Shown: piece after piece, positions 1-7,889 of the stretch
Layout of the letters: the number at the start of each line of letters is the position of its first letter
Numbering within the stretch: the first letter of the stretch is position 1
Assembly: GCA_024274695.1 (NCBI GenBank)
Contig: JAJSAI010000006.1
Span: 1-52,893 of the forward strand
Source: an archaeon
Lineage (GTDB): Archaea > B1Sed10-29 > JAJSAI01
Reading direction: 5' to 3'
DNA: 52,893 nt
Program-made: the position numbers and the translations under genes
The notes under the pieces: model-generated
Databases searched by the model: none
What the model was told of the DNA's origin: nothing
What the model saw: the letters and a program-made list of their open reading frames with translations, nothing else

Positions 1-397
1 AAAAGCACTCCGGCTCTGGATCTTCCTGAAGAGCGTGTACTGGAAGACAAAAGAGTTCGTGCTCCCAGCAAAAGCGTACTTCCCGAAAAAGATTGAAGGA
101 AAACAGATCAACGACGAGGACATGAACGTGACGTTCCTGCTCGTAATCCTCTACATAGTCTTCCTGCTGTTCGGTTCACTTGTCCTGACCGCGACAATGC
201 CCGTGAACGGAGAACAGGCCTTCTTTGAGGTGGCCAGCGCGCAGGGCAACGCGGGACTCACCCTCGGCATAACACAGCCGAACATGCCGGAAGCGGCCAA
301 GATAATGCTTTGCATTAACATGATCGTGGGAAGGCTTGAAATCATACCCCTTTTAATAGCAGGAGGCTTCTTGTTAAAGATAAGGAGGAGAGACTGA
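1..397 (+). CDS. trkH: Trk-type K+ transporter membrane subunit, C-terminal part (5' end outside window)
   Basis: Hydrophobic ORF with FEVASAQGNAGLTLG pore-loop motif and MIVGRLEI motif; directly upstream of trkA. Confidence 0.9.
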   Translation, partial: KALRLWIFLKSVYWKTKEFVLPAKAYFPKKIEGKQINDEDMNVTFLLVILYIVFLLFGSLVLTATMPVNGEQAFFEVASAQGNAGLTLGITQPNMPEAAKIMLCINMIVGRLEIIPLLIAGGFLLKIRRRD

Positions 398-1051
398 ATG
401 TACGTGGTCATAGTAGGCGCGGGGATGATCGGATCCCATCTTGCCAGGCTGCTCATAAAAGAAGAGTGTGACGTCGTGGTCATAGACAAGAATGGGGACG
501 TTTGCCAGGAGCTCTCACAAGAACTTGAAATACTCGCGATCAGGGGGGACGCTACAAAACCGAAGACCCTGGAAGACGCGGGAGTCAAAGAAGCTGACGC
601 TGTGGTCGTGCTAACTGGTTCTGACGAAACCAACCTGATAGTCTCGCTGATAGCCAAGCAGGTTGGGGCAGAGTACGTGGTAACAAGGCTAGGAGCGCTG
701 CACTATGACGAGAAGGTTCTGAAAAACCTGGGCATAGACATGGTAGTATACCCAGAAGCGGCTGCAGCAGGATACATTTCCCAGATAATAACCAAGCCAG
801 AAGTGCTTGACCTCACTTTCCTCAGCAGGGGAGACGCAGAAATAATAGAACTCAAAGTAAAACCGGAATCCAAGATCGCCGGCAAAAAACTCTCAGAAAT
901 CACCCAGCCCAAGGGAACAAAGATCATAGCAGTGATAAGGGAAGGTAAACTGTCAATACCCGAGGAGGACACGGTAATAGAACCCGATTCCAAGATACTA
1001 GTGCTGTCCAAAGTGGACAGCGTGAAAGAAGCGAGAAGACTGGCTGATTAA
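398..1051 (+). CDS. trkA: Trk system NAD-binding subunit (RCK_N + RCK_C)
   Basis: VVIVGAGMIG Rossmann motif, GDAT, DETNL; C-terminal RCK_C. Confidence 0.93.
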   Translation: MYVVIVGAGMIGSHLARLLIKEECDVVVIDKNGDVCQELSQELEILAIRGDATKPKTLEDAGVKEADAVVVLTGSDETNLIVSLIAKQVGAEYVVTRLGALHYDEKVLKNLGIDMVVYPEAAAAGYISQIITKPEVLDLTFLSRGDAEIIELKVKPESKIAGKKLSEITQPKGTKIIAVIREGKLSIPEEDTVIEPDSKILVLSKVDSVKEARRLAD

Positions 1052-1052
1052 A

Positions 1053-1385
1053 ATGCCCGTCAAGTTCGAGGCGGCTGGAGAAAAGCACGAAACAGAAGAC
1101 CTCGTGCAAGGGCTCGGGAGAGTGCTGGAAAAAGCATATCCATTGATATGGAAACAGCTTGACGGGCTCATCATACGAAGCGAACTCGTCAGAGAAGCGG
1201 CGGAAAGACTAGTCCCAGAACCCTTCGACTGGAAGGAGGATACTGAAAAAGCCGCAAGAGCCATCGCAGGGATAAGTTCTCCCAAGATCACTAGAATGCT
1301 TGAACCGCGGAACGACGAGGAAAAAGAGATGATGAAAGCCCTTCTCACGAGAATAGTACTTGAAAGAATAGGCATGATAAAATGA
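1053..1385 (+). CDS. Hypothetical protein, possibly DUF2666-like
   Basis: Coupled to trkA and the next ORF; C-terminus KALLTRIVLERIG recalls DUF2666 proteins (from memory, not searched). Confidence 0.55.
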   Translation: MPVKFEAAGEKHETEDLVQGLGRVLEKAYPLIWKQLDGLIIRSELVREAAERLVPEPFDWKEDTEKAARAIAGISSPKITRMLEPRNDEEKEMMKALLTRIVLERIGMIK

Positions 1386-1792
1386 GGGTGGCCCTAGAAG
1401 CAGAAGAAGGGAAGTGGGTGTGCATAAAAAAGGGAGAGTTTGCAGACTCTCCCGAAGAGAGAATAGACTGCGCAAGACTGCTCGCGAGCATAGTAGAATC
1501 TGCCAGAAGAAAACTGAGGCAAGAGAAAGGAATAGACCCTGAAACGATCGCGAGAATCTGCGGGGCCAAGTACAACAGGAGGCAGAAAAAGTATGTTCTC
1601 AAGGGAAGGAAAAAACCTGAACAGGTAAAAGAGTGGCTTGAAAGGGTCAAGGGACTGGACGAGCCTGACGAGTCCGCGGTCCTGCTGCTTGAAATGCTCG
1701 GGTACGACACCGTGCCATCGCAGAAAACGTTTGAAGAGTACTTAAAGAAGATGAGCCTGGGAACAGAGGGATACTGTCCAAGAGAAAACTAA
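1382..1792 (+). CDS. Conserved archaeal hypothetical protein, DUF2666-like
   Basis: N-terminal GKWVCIKK...IDCARLLASI pattern resembles DUF2666; 4-nt overlap with upstream ORF. Confidence 0.6.
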   Translation: MRVALEAEEGKWVCIKKGEFADSPEERIDCARLLASIVESARRKLRQEKGIDPETIARICGAKYNRRQKKYVLKGRKKPEQVKEWLERVKGLDEPDESAVLLLEMLGYDTVPSQKTFEEYLKKMSLGTEGYCPREN

Positions 1793-2331
1793 CTCTTCTT
1801 GTCGGGGATCTTGCTCTCAAGCCAGCCTTCCAGCATTGCGGCCACTTCGTCCCCCAGGGTCTTCCTAACCTCCTCAACAACCCCTTTAGCCAGCTTTCTA
1901 AGGCTTTCTGGAGTTGGGTGCAGGGGATCAACGTAGTACTTCCTCATCTGCGCGAACAAAAGTTTGTTAACGTAGTCATCAACGTCCAGCAGGTACCTCT
2001 TCTCTTGAGACACCTCCTCAGCAGAAAGGGAAGGTCTGAACTCATGCTCCTTCAAACAGTTTGTCATTACCCTCCTGAACCCGTCAAACCAAGGGCCGGG
2101 AGAAAGTGTGCCCTCCTCCAGGGCAGTTATCCTGTCGTGGACAAGGTCTTTCATGAACCTTTCCTCAGCCTCCCTTAGCTTGCGCCTGGCCTCCCTGTCC
2201 CTCCTGATGCGGTAAACGGCCTTGTCGTACCACGGCCTGTAAACCTTTTCCAGAATCTCCCTCGGGTGAGGGAAATAATCCCTCATCGTCTTTCCTTCAA
2301 GCTTCCTCTTACGCCGCTTCGCGTCAGCCAT
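1789..2331 (-). CDS. Hypothetical charged helical protein
   Basis: 180-aa ORF fills the gap; TTATAAAC TATA-like element upstream on minus strand (about 2354-2361). Confidence 0.7.
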   Translation of the reverse strand: MADAKRRKRKLEGKTMRDYFPHPREILEKVYRPWYDKAVYRIRRDREARRKLREAEERFMKDLVHDRITALEEGTLSPGPWFDGFRRVMTNCLKEHEFRPSLSAEEVSQEKRYLLDVDDYVNKLLFAQMRKYYVDPLHPTPESLRKLAKGVVEEVRKTLGDEVAAMLEGWLESKIPDKKS

Positions 2332-2385
2332 CCAATTAGATAACTCAACAAGTGTTTATAACTCCCGCAGGAGTGCCTCCAGCCC

Positions 2386-2397
2386 AAAGGTTTAAAA
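2386..2397 (+). promoter_or_regulatory. BRE/TATA promoter of tRNA-Pro
   Basis: AAAGG-TTTAAAA ending about 30 nt upstream of the tRNA 5' end. Confidence 0.6.
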
Positions 2398-2426
2398 CGG
2401 TTCCTGAAGAAAAATAAAACCTGGCC

Positions 2427-2600
2427 GGGGCCATAGGGTAGCCTGGTGATCCTACCGGCTTTGGGAGGGGAGACACCTACGGTTTCTCCCTCTACCCTCT
2501 TCCCTTCGAGGGAAATCAGAAATACTAACTGTAGGGGGAGAGACCAAGGATTTCCCAAAAACAGCCGGTGACTCCGGTTCGAATCCGGGTGGCCCCACCA
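2427..2600 (+). tRNA. tRNA-Pro(TGG) with 97-nt intron at 37/38 (2466-2562)
   Basis: Acceptor GGGGCCA/TGGCCCC, anticodon stem CCGGC/GCCGG, T-loop GGTTCGAATCC, encoded CCA; BHB with one G.A mismatch. Confidence 0.93.
2466..2556. mobile_element. Two inverted family A copies forming the body of the tRNA-Pro(TGG) intron (MITE-like)
   Basis: GGTTTCTCCCTCTAC (2481-2495) pairs with GTAGGGGGAGAGACC (2531-2545); left copy about 33/43 identical to the reverse complement of 46243-46285. Confidence 0.6.
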
Positions 2601-2602
2601 CC

Positions 2603-3406
2603 CTACTCTTCAAGAAGGCGTCTTAAACGGTTGACGTACTCCTCGTAACTCCTTTTTGACAGGGACAGGGCGGAGACTTCTTCAACAGCGCTCCTAGCGT
2701 CCTCAGGAAGCCTCTTCAGGACACTGGCCGGAACGTTCCCCTCCGCCAGGGCCCTTGAAATGTTCTTGATACCAGCGTCCCTGAACGCCTGCCGGACCTC
2801 TTTGCGGGACAGCAGGCTCTTTGAGACCTCATCAATCCTTGAAGAAATCTTGCTCACGTTACGCTCGTACTCTGAAAGCCTCTTGAGCAGGATTTCCCTG
2901 CTGATCCCCAGACCACGCGCTGCTGAAGCCTGGCCAGGAGCCTCAGCCTCGCGGGCCTTCTTCACTTCCTTTCTCTTGATCTTCTTCTTCGCCCTCGCGA
3001 TCTCCGAGTCAATGATCCTCAAGGCCTCCTTACGCAGGGACTCCGCCAATTTCCTGCGCTCCCGCCTGAGGACCACTTCAGAATCCGAGTCCCACCTGCC
3101 CGCGCTCTTGAGGAACTTCACCACTTCCTCAACATTCCCCTCCTCCACGAGAAGAACAGGGTTCGGGTAAACCTTACGGTCCAGGAGAAGCTTCCTGAAC
3201 TCCTGCAAGTGCACGAGCCGCTGACGAGGGTCCTGGGGCAGGCTTTCCAGCACGCTGTCAACATACCTTTTCGCGGCGTGCGGCACCTTGGCATGAAAGT
3301 CCTCATGCTGGAACACCATGCTGTGCTCGTCCCCTTCCACGACAAGCCTCGCGTTCTTCTTCGCGAGCTCTCTTGCCCTCTTCCTTGAAACGGTCCTGGC
3401 CCTCAC
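2603..3406 (-). CDS. Hypothetical basic, coiled-coil-rich protein
   Basis: 267-aa ORF, GTG start preceded by GGTGGAGG SD; ends 2 nt from the tRNA-Pro CCA. Confidence 0.75.
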   Translation of the reverse strand: MRARTVSRKRARELAKKNARLVVEGDEHSMVFQHEDFHAKVPHAAKRYVDSVLESLPQDPRQRLVHLQEFRKLLLDRKVYPNPVLLVEEGNVEEVVKFLKSAGRWDSDSEVVLRRERRKLAESLRKEALRIIDSEIARAKKKIKRKEVKKAREAEAPGQASAARGLGISREILLKRLSEYERNVSKISSRIDEVSKSLLSRKEVRQAFRDAGIKNISRALAEGNVPASVLKRLPEDARSAVEEVSALSLSKRSYEEYVNRLRRLLEE

Positions 3407-3468
3407 GTTCCTCCACCTGAAAGAGTATAAGGAAGAAAGGGCTAATAAAAGGAGAGGTTGGAGGTCCT

Positions 3469-3689
3469 GTGACGAAAGGCAACTATGTTATCCTTGTCCG
3501 CCTGGACAAGAAATTGGAAATAACCGGAGGGCTTCTCAACGACCTTGTGCTAGAGCCGGGAGTGTACGCGTACGCTGGGTCAGCGATGAACGGGGTGGAA
3601 GCCAGGGTCAGGAGGCACTACAGGAAAGGCAAGAGCAGAAGGTGCACGCTGAGACTGCCGCGTGGCTGGAAAAGTACCTGAAGGGCTAA
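3469..3689 (+). pseudogene. Truncated GIY-YIG (DUF123/Uri family) endonuclease
   Basis: KGNYVILV...GVYAYAGSAMNGVEARVRRH matches the DUF123 N-terminus, but the ORF stops at 70 aa without the WHIDY motif or Cys-rich C-terminus. Confidence 0.75.
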
Positions 3690-3734
3690 CCGCTCCTTTT
3701 AAATCACAAAAAGCACAAAATCATTTGGTAGCGA

Positions 3735-3819
3735 GCGGGAGTTGCCTAGCCAGGTCATGGCGCAGGGCTTAGGACCCTGTGGGTTAGTCCCGTCGAGGGT
3801 TCAAATCCCTCCTCCCGCA
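3735..3819 (+). tRNA. tRNA-Leu(TAG)
   Basis: GCGGGAG/CTCCCGC acceptor, CAGGG-CTTAGGA-CCCTG anticodon arm, long variable arm. Confidence 0.96.
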
Positions 3820-3845
3820 TCAAGAAAAAGGAAGGGAGTGTGAGC

Positions 3846-4511
3846 ATGGCCAAAAAGGAGAGAACCGTCTTCAACCTGATAGAGGACGCGTTAAAGGCGC
3901 ACGGGGTCAAGCCAACCCCTGAAGCCGTGGACGCCGTCTGGAACAAGCTCTACGTAGAACTAAAGTACGAGATCAACCCGCGCGAGCTCCAGGAAGAAAT
4001 AAGAAAGGGAGTCACTGGAAAAGCCACACTCAAGGCATACGAGATCGTCTCTGACATGATAAAAGACAGGCAACTCAAGACAAGAGAGAGCCTGCCTGAG
4101 GGCGTTAAACGGTCCAGGATAAGCACTAAGGTTGACAAACTTTTCTACGATTACTACACCGCGAAAGGCATTGACAGGGTCATAGCGGACACGCTTGTGA
4201 TGATGGGCGTGAAACCCTCCAGGGAACAAATAGAAGATATCAGGGCAAGCGTCCAAGCCAGGCTGGCCGGCGAAGCGGATCCCAGGGTGATAAAAGAAGA
4301 GATAAGAACAGGAAAACCCGGCCCAGTGACGTACGCGGTCATGGACCTCGTCAAAGAAAGGAAGAACAGGCTGGAGCCCCTGTCGCCCGAGGAGCTTGAG
4401 CGCCTGAGAGAAATGGAGAAGGTGACAAAGGAGAAGATGAAAAAACCGGTGCTCACAAAACCAAAGTTCATAGAAGACCTGGAGAAAAGGCTGAGGAGAA
4501 GGAAGCGCTAA
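3846..4511 (+). CDS. Hypothetical protein with two internal ~63-aa repeats
   Basis: GVKP...PRxxxEEIRxG..G motif occurs twice; GGAGTG SD-like sequence upstream. Confidence 0.8.
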   Translation: MAKKERTVFNLIEDALKAHGVKPTPEAVDAVWNKLYVELKYEINPRELQEEIRKGVTGKATLKAYEIVSDMIKDRQLKTRESLPEGVKRSRISTKVDKLFYDYYTAKGIDRVIADTLVMMGVKPSREQIEDIRASVQARLAGEADPRVIKEEIRTGKPGPVTYAVMDLVKERKNRLEPLSPEELERLREMEKVTKEKMKKPVLTKPKFIEDLEKRLRRRKR

Positions 4512-4552
4512 CCTTTTTTAAACAACCTCCCAGAAAAAATAAGGGAGGGACT

Positions 4553-4626
4553 GCCTCGGTAGCTCAGCGTGGCGGAGCGCTTGCTTGGTAAGCAAGAGGT
4601 CCCGGGTTCAAATCCCGGCCGAGGCT
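4553..4626 (+). tRNA. tRNA-Thr(GGT)
   Basis: GCCTCGG/CCGAGGC acceptor; CTTGC-TTGGTAA-GCAAG. Confidence 0.96.
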
Positions 4627-4633
4627 CTCAAAC

Positions 4634-4716
4634 GCCGGGATTGCGGAGTGGTTAACGCGCCAGCCTTGAGAGCTGGTGGGCTTCGGCCCACGTGGGTTCG
4701 AATCCCACTCCCGGCG
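4634..4716 (+). tRNA. tRNA-Ser(TGA)
   Basis: GCCGGGA/TCCCGGC acceptor; CCAGC-CTTGAGA-GCTGG; long variable arm; G73. Confidence 0.96.
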
Positions 4717-4752
4717 TTCTATTAACATCCAAAAAGAAGGGAGTAAAAGAAC

Positions 4753-5388
4753 ATGGAGCCCTTGACAATACTCGGAATAATCTTCCTGGGAATAATCCTC
4801 TTCCTAACGTGCGGGATAGCCATCACGGGAATCACGCTCCTGCTGGCAGTGAACAAGGGCCACTCCAGGTTCCAGAGGCTGTTCATGATACTTGCAGGCT
4901 TTTTTGAAAGCCCTCTGAAAACAATGGCAAAACTTTTCCGGCTCGATCCCAAGGTCATAGACAACATGATAATAGAAATAGAGAACAACCTAATGAGAAA
5001 CGACTACATGCGGACAGATTACAAGGACAGGCTCATGATAGTCCCGCAGTGCCTGAGGCACCCTAACTGTCCCGCCAGGACAAGCCCTAACACGATAGAG
5101 TGCATCGGGTGCGGGCTTTGCAGCATAAAGGAAATAAAAAAAGAAGCAGAAGAGTTGGGGTACACCTTCGTGATATCCCCCGGAGGCACGTTCTCCAAGA
5201 GGAGGATAAAAGAGGTGAAGCCCAAGGCAGTGCTCGGAGTCGCCTGCGAGTTCGAGCTAAGGGAGGGGCTTGACGCCTGCATGGAGTACGGAGTACCAGC
5301 ACAGGGAATCCCCCTCTTGAAGGGAGGGTGCGTGCAGACCCTAGTTGACTGGGACAAGGTAAGAGAGACCATGAGGGCAAAAATATAA
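4753..5388 (+). CDS. DUF116 family membrane-anchored Cys-rich protein
   Basis: N-terminal TM; PQCLR..CPA, CIGCGLC, PGGT, GVAC motifs. Confidence 0.85.
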   Translation: MEPLTILGIIFLGIILFLTCGIAITGITLLLAVNKGHSRFQRLFMILAGFFESPLKTMAKLFRLDPKVIDNMIIEIENNLMRNDYMRTDYKDRLMIVPQCLRHPNCPARTSPNTIECIGCGLCSIKEIKKEAEELGYTFVISPGGTFSKRRIKEVKPKAVLGVACEFELREGLDACMEYGVPAQGIPLLKGGCVQTLVDWDKVRETMRAKI

Positions 5389-5420
5389 AACCCTGACAAG
5401 CCCAAAACAATACGAAAGAT

Positions 5421-5495
5421 GCCGGGGTGGCTTAGCCTGGTCAGAGCGCCTGACTCATAATCAGGAGGTCGCTGGTTCAAATCCGGCCCCCGGCA
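5421..5495 (+). tRNA. tRNA-Met(CAT), probably elongator
   Basis: GCCGGGG/CCCCGGC acceptor; CCTGA-CTCATAA-TCAGG; lacks initiator A1-U72 and GGG/CCC anticodon stem. Confidence 0.92.
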
Positions 5496-5561
5496 CTACC
5501 GAACAACACTGTTTTTATATGCCGGCTCTTTTTCTCTTGTGAAGGAAAGACATTCCTGAGA

Positions 5562-6404
5562 GTGATCTCCTTGAAAGTGATAGCCGTCGGAGGAAACTAT
5601 ATTAAAGGAAAAGAGGAGATTGCACGCGCCGCGGAGACCATCGCCAGGCACTTCAAGTCCCCCTTCATAGTAACCCACGGGAACGGCCCTCAAGCAGGAG
5701 AACTGCAGGAAAAAACGGGCCTGCCCCTGGACGAAGTTGTTGCGCTAACCCAGGCGAGCATAGGCTATCCCCTCGCCCAGGAGATAGAAAGAAGAACGCG
5801 CAAAAGCGCGGTTGTAGTGCTCACGCGCTCGCTCGTCTCAGAAAGAGATCCTGCGTTCAAGAGCCCTTCAAAACCGGTAGGAGAATACAAGAGAAAAAGG
5901 TTTCCCGGAGCAAAGTACTTTCCAGGAAGGGGCTGGAGAAGAGTAGTGCCCTCTCCACAACCCCTTAGGATAGTAGAGGCAGGAGTGATAAAAGAGATTG
6001 TCAAAAAAGCAGGAGCCAGCGTGGTCTGCTGTGGAGGAGGAGGAATTCCAGTAACCCGAACGAGAGGGGGGCTGAAGGGAGTACAGGCCGTTGTTGACAA
6101 GGACCTCGCCAGCGCAGTGCTCGCAAGGCAGCTGGGCGCAAGAGAACTGGTGATACTAATGCAGGAGCCATGCGTTTACAGGGACTATGGGAAGCGGGCT
6201 CAGGAGAGGATTCCTTGCATGACCCCTGCCAGCGCGCTCAGGATGTTGAGACAGGGGGCTTTCGAGCAGGGAACGATCGCCCCGAAGATCCTTGCCGCGG
6301 CAAGGTTCGCGAGAACAGGAGGCAGGGCGATCATAACAAACTCCGAAAGCCTTGGCAGGGCCCTAAAAGGGGAGGAGGGAACATGCGTGCAAAACACCTG
6401 CTGA
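5562..6404 (+). CDS. arcC: Carbamate kinase
   Basis: AVGGN, THGNGPQAG, PSKPVG, WRRVVPSPQP, CCGGGGIPV, AVVDKD motifs. Confidence 0.93.
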   Translation: MISLKVIAVGGNYIKGKEEIARAAETIARHFKSPFIVTHGNGPQAGELQEKTGLPLDEVVALTQASIGYPLAQEIERRTRKSAVVVLTRSLVSERDPAFKSPSKPVGEYKRKRFPGAKYFPGRGWRRVVPSPQPLRIVEAGVIKEIVKKAGASVVCCGGGGIPVTRTRGGLKGVQAVVDKDLASAVLARQLGARELVILMQEPCVYRDYGKRAQERIPCMTPASALRMLRQGAFEQGTIAPKILAAARFARTGGRAIITNSESLGRALKGEEGTCVQNTC

Positions 6405-7237
6405 GCATAAAAGATCTTTCCAGAAAAGAGTGCCAGAGGATCGTGAAAGGCAAGTTCAAGAAGAGTAAAGGGAACGCCATCCTTTTCTTCCAGCTCCCGA
6501 GCACCAGGACCAGGAGCGCGTTCGAGCTCGGCCTGAAAGAAATGGGAATGGTAACAGAATACGTTGACGCGAGAACCACGCACCTGAACAGAGGAGAGAC
6601 AATCCAGGACACTGCGAGGGTACTGTCGTCCTACTGTGACGTAATAGTAGCCAGGATCCAGGAGCACGACACCCTCCTGGAATTCGCTTCAGCCTCGGAA
6701 GCCACAGTGGTCAACGCGCTAACAAACCTAGAGCATCCCACTCAGGCGCTGAACGACTTCTACACAATAGAAAAGGAGATAGGGCTGAAGAACGCACGGA
6801 TAGCATGGGTGGGAGACGGGACCAACGTATGCAATTCAATAGTCCTCTTGTCCGAGAAAATGGGCGTTCCCCTGAAGGTTTCCACACCCAGAGGGTACGA
6901 GCCCGCGTACGAGTGCGACTGGACAGAAGACCCTGAAGAAGCGGTTGAAGGAGCGAACGTTATAATGACGGACGCGTGGGTCAGCATGGGACAAGAAAAA
7001 CAAGCGAAGAAAAAACTGAAAGCCCTGAAAGAATACCAGGTGAACAAAAAACTTTTAGAGCACGCCAGCCCTGACTGGGTTTTCATGCACTGCCTTCCCG
7101 CGCACAGGGGACAGGAGGTCACAGGAGAAGTTATTGACGGGCCGAGGAGCCTGGTGTGGGAACAGGCCAAGAACAAGAAGAAAACAGCGAAGGCAGTGGT
7201 GTCAGAACTCCTCCAAAACCGCGGGAAAAGATTATAA
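6383..7237 (+). CDS. argF: Ornithine carbamoyltransferase
   Basis: STRTR, HPTQ, WVSMG, HCLP motifs; ATG at 6383 after GGAGG. Confidence 0.93.
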   Translation: MRAKHLLSIKDLSRKECQRIVKGKFKKSKGNAILFFQLPSTRTRSAFELGLKEMGMVTEYVDARTTHLNRGETIQDTARVLSSYCDVIVARIQEHDTLLEFASASEATVVNALTNLEHPTQALNDFYTIEKEIGLKNARIAWVGDGTNVCNSIVLLSEKMGVPLKVSTPRGYEPAYECDWTEDPEEAVEGANVIMTDAWVSMGQEKQAKKKLKALKEYQVNKKLLEHASPDWVFMHCLPAHRGQEVTGEVIDGPRSLVWEQAKNKKKTAKAVVSELLQNRGKRL

Positions 7238-7261
7238 CCCCTGACGTCCAGAAGGAATATC

Positions 7262-7684
7262 ATGAAGAATACCCTGCTCGCAGGAGCAATCATGCTAGGC
7301 GTGCTCGCGCTCGCGGGCTGCATTAAGATCACGCACAACAACGTGGACATACACCTCACAAGGTACGTTGGAAACTGCGAGGACCCGGAAAAGTACTGCG
7401 AGTGCGAGCCATTCCCGATGAAGAACACGGAAATCTGGGTGGACGACCAATACTACTACACTGACTCCCAGGGGAGAGTATCCCTGGAGCTTGAGGAAGG
7501 AGAGCACAAGATCTTCTACCCAGGATGCTACGACAAGAACATGACCAACGAGCTGGACTTCAAGATAGACCAAGGAAAGATCTACTACATTAAGAACAGA
7601 GTGTACCGGAACGGGTACAACGAGAGCCTGCCCACGCAGTCAGACCGGCTGATAGAAGTGAACGTGTACTGCTGCAGGGCCTGA
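7262..7684 (+). CDS. Putative Cys-rich lipoprotein
   Basis: Signal peptide ending in LAGC lipobox; beta-rich body with six further Cys. Confidence 0.75.
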   Translation: MKNTLLAGAIMLGVLALAGCIKITHNNVDIHLTRYVGNCEDPEKYCECEPFPMKNTEIWVDDQYYYTDSQGRVSLELEEGEHKIFYPGCYDKNMTNELDFKIDQGKIYYIKNRVYRNGYNESLPTQSDRLIEVNVYCCRA

Positions 7685-7727
7685 AAAAACATTTTTATAC
7701 CACCAGCACAAAACAAGAATGCTGGAG

Positions 7728-7852
7728 GCCTCGGTAGCACAGCGGTAGTGCGGCTGCCTTGTAAGAGCCCTTTGCGCTGAACGCGCAAAGCCCTCGGGGA
7801 AAGGCTCTAGGAAAGCAGCAGGCCGTGGGTTCGAATCCCACCCGAGGCTCCA
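7728..7852 (+). tRNA. tRNA-Thr(TGT) with 50-nt intron at 37/38 (7764-7813)
   Basis: GCCTCGG/CCGAGGC acceptor; GCTGC/GCAGC anticodon stem; strict BHB (CTTG/TAGG helix, GAGCC/GGCTC). Confidence 0.95.
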
Positions 7853-7889
7853 ACCCCCACCTCCATTCTCTCAAGAAAGGGTGAACAAA

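Noticed and set aside
4634-4716. tRNA with TGA in the anticodon as a possible Sec or opal-suppressor tRNA
   Set aside because: Anticodon UGA reads the Ser codon UCA; the body is identical to tRNA-Ser(GGA)
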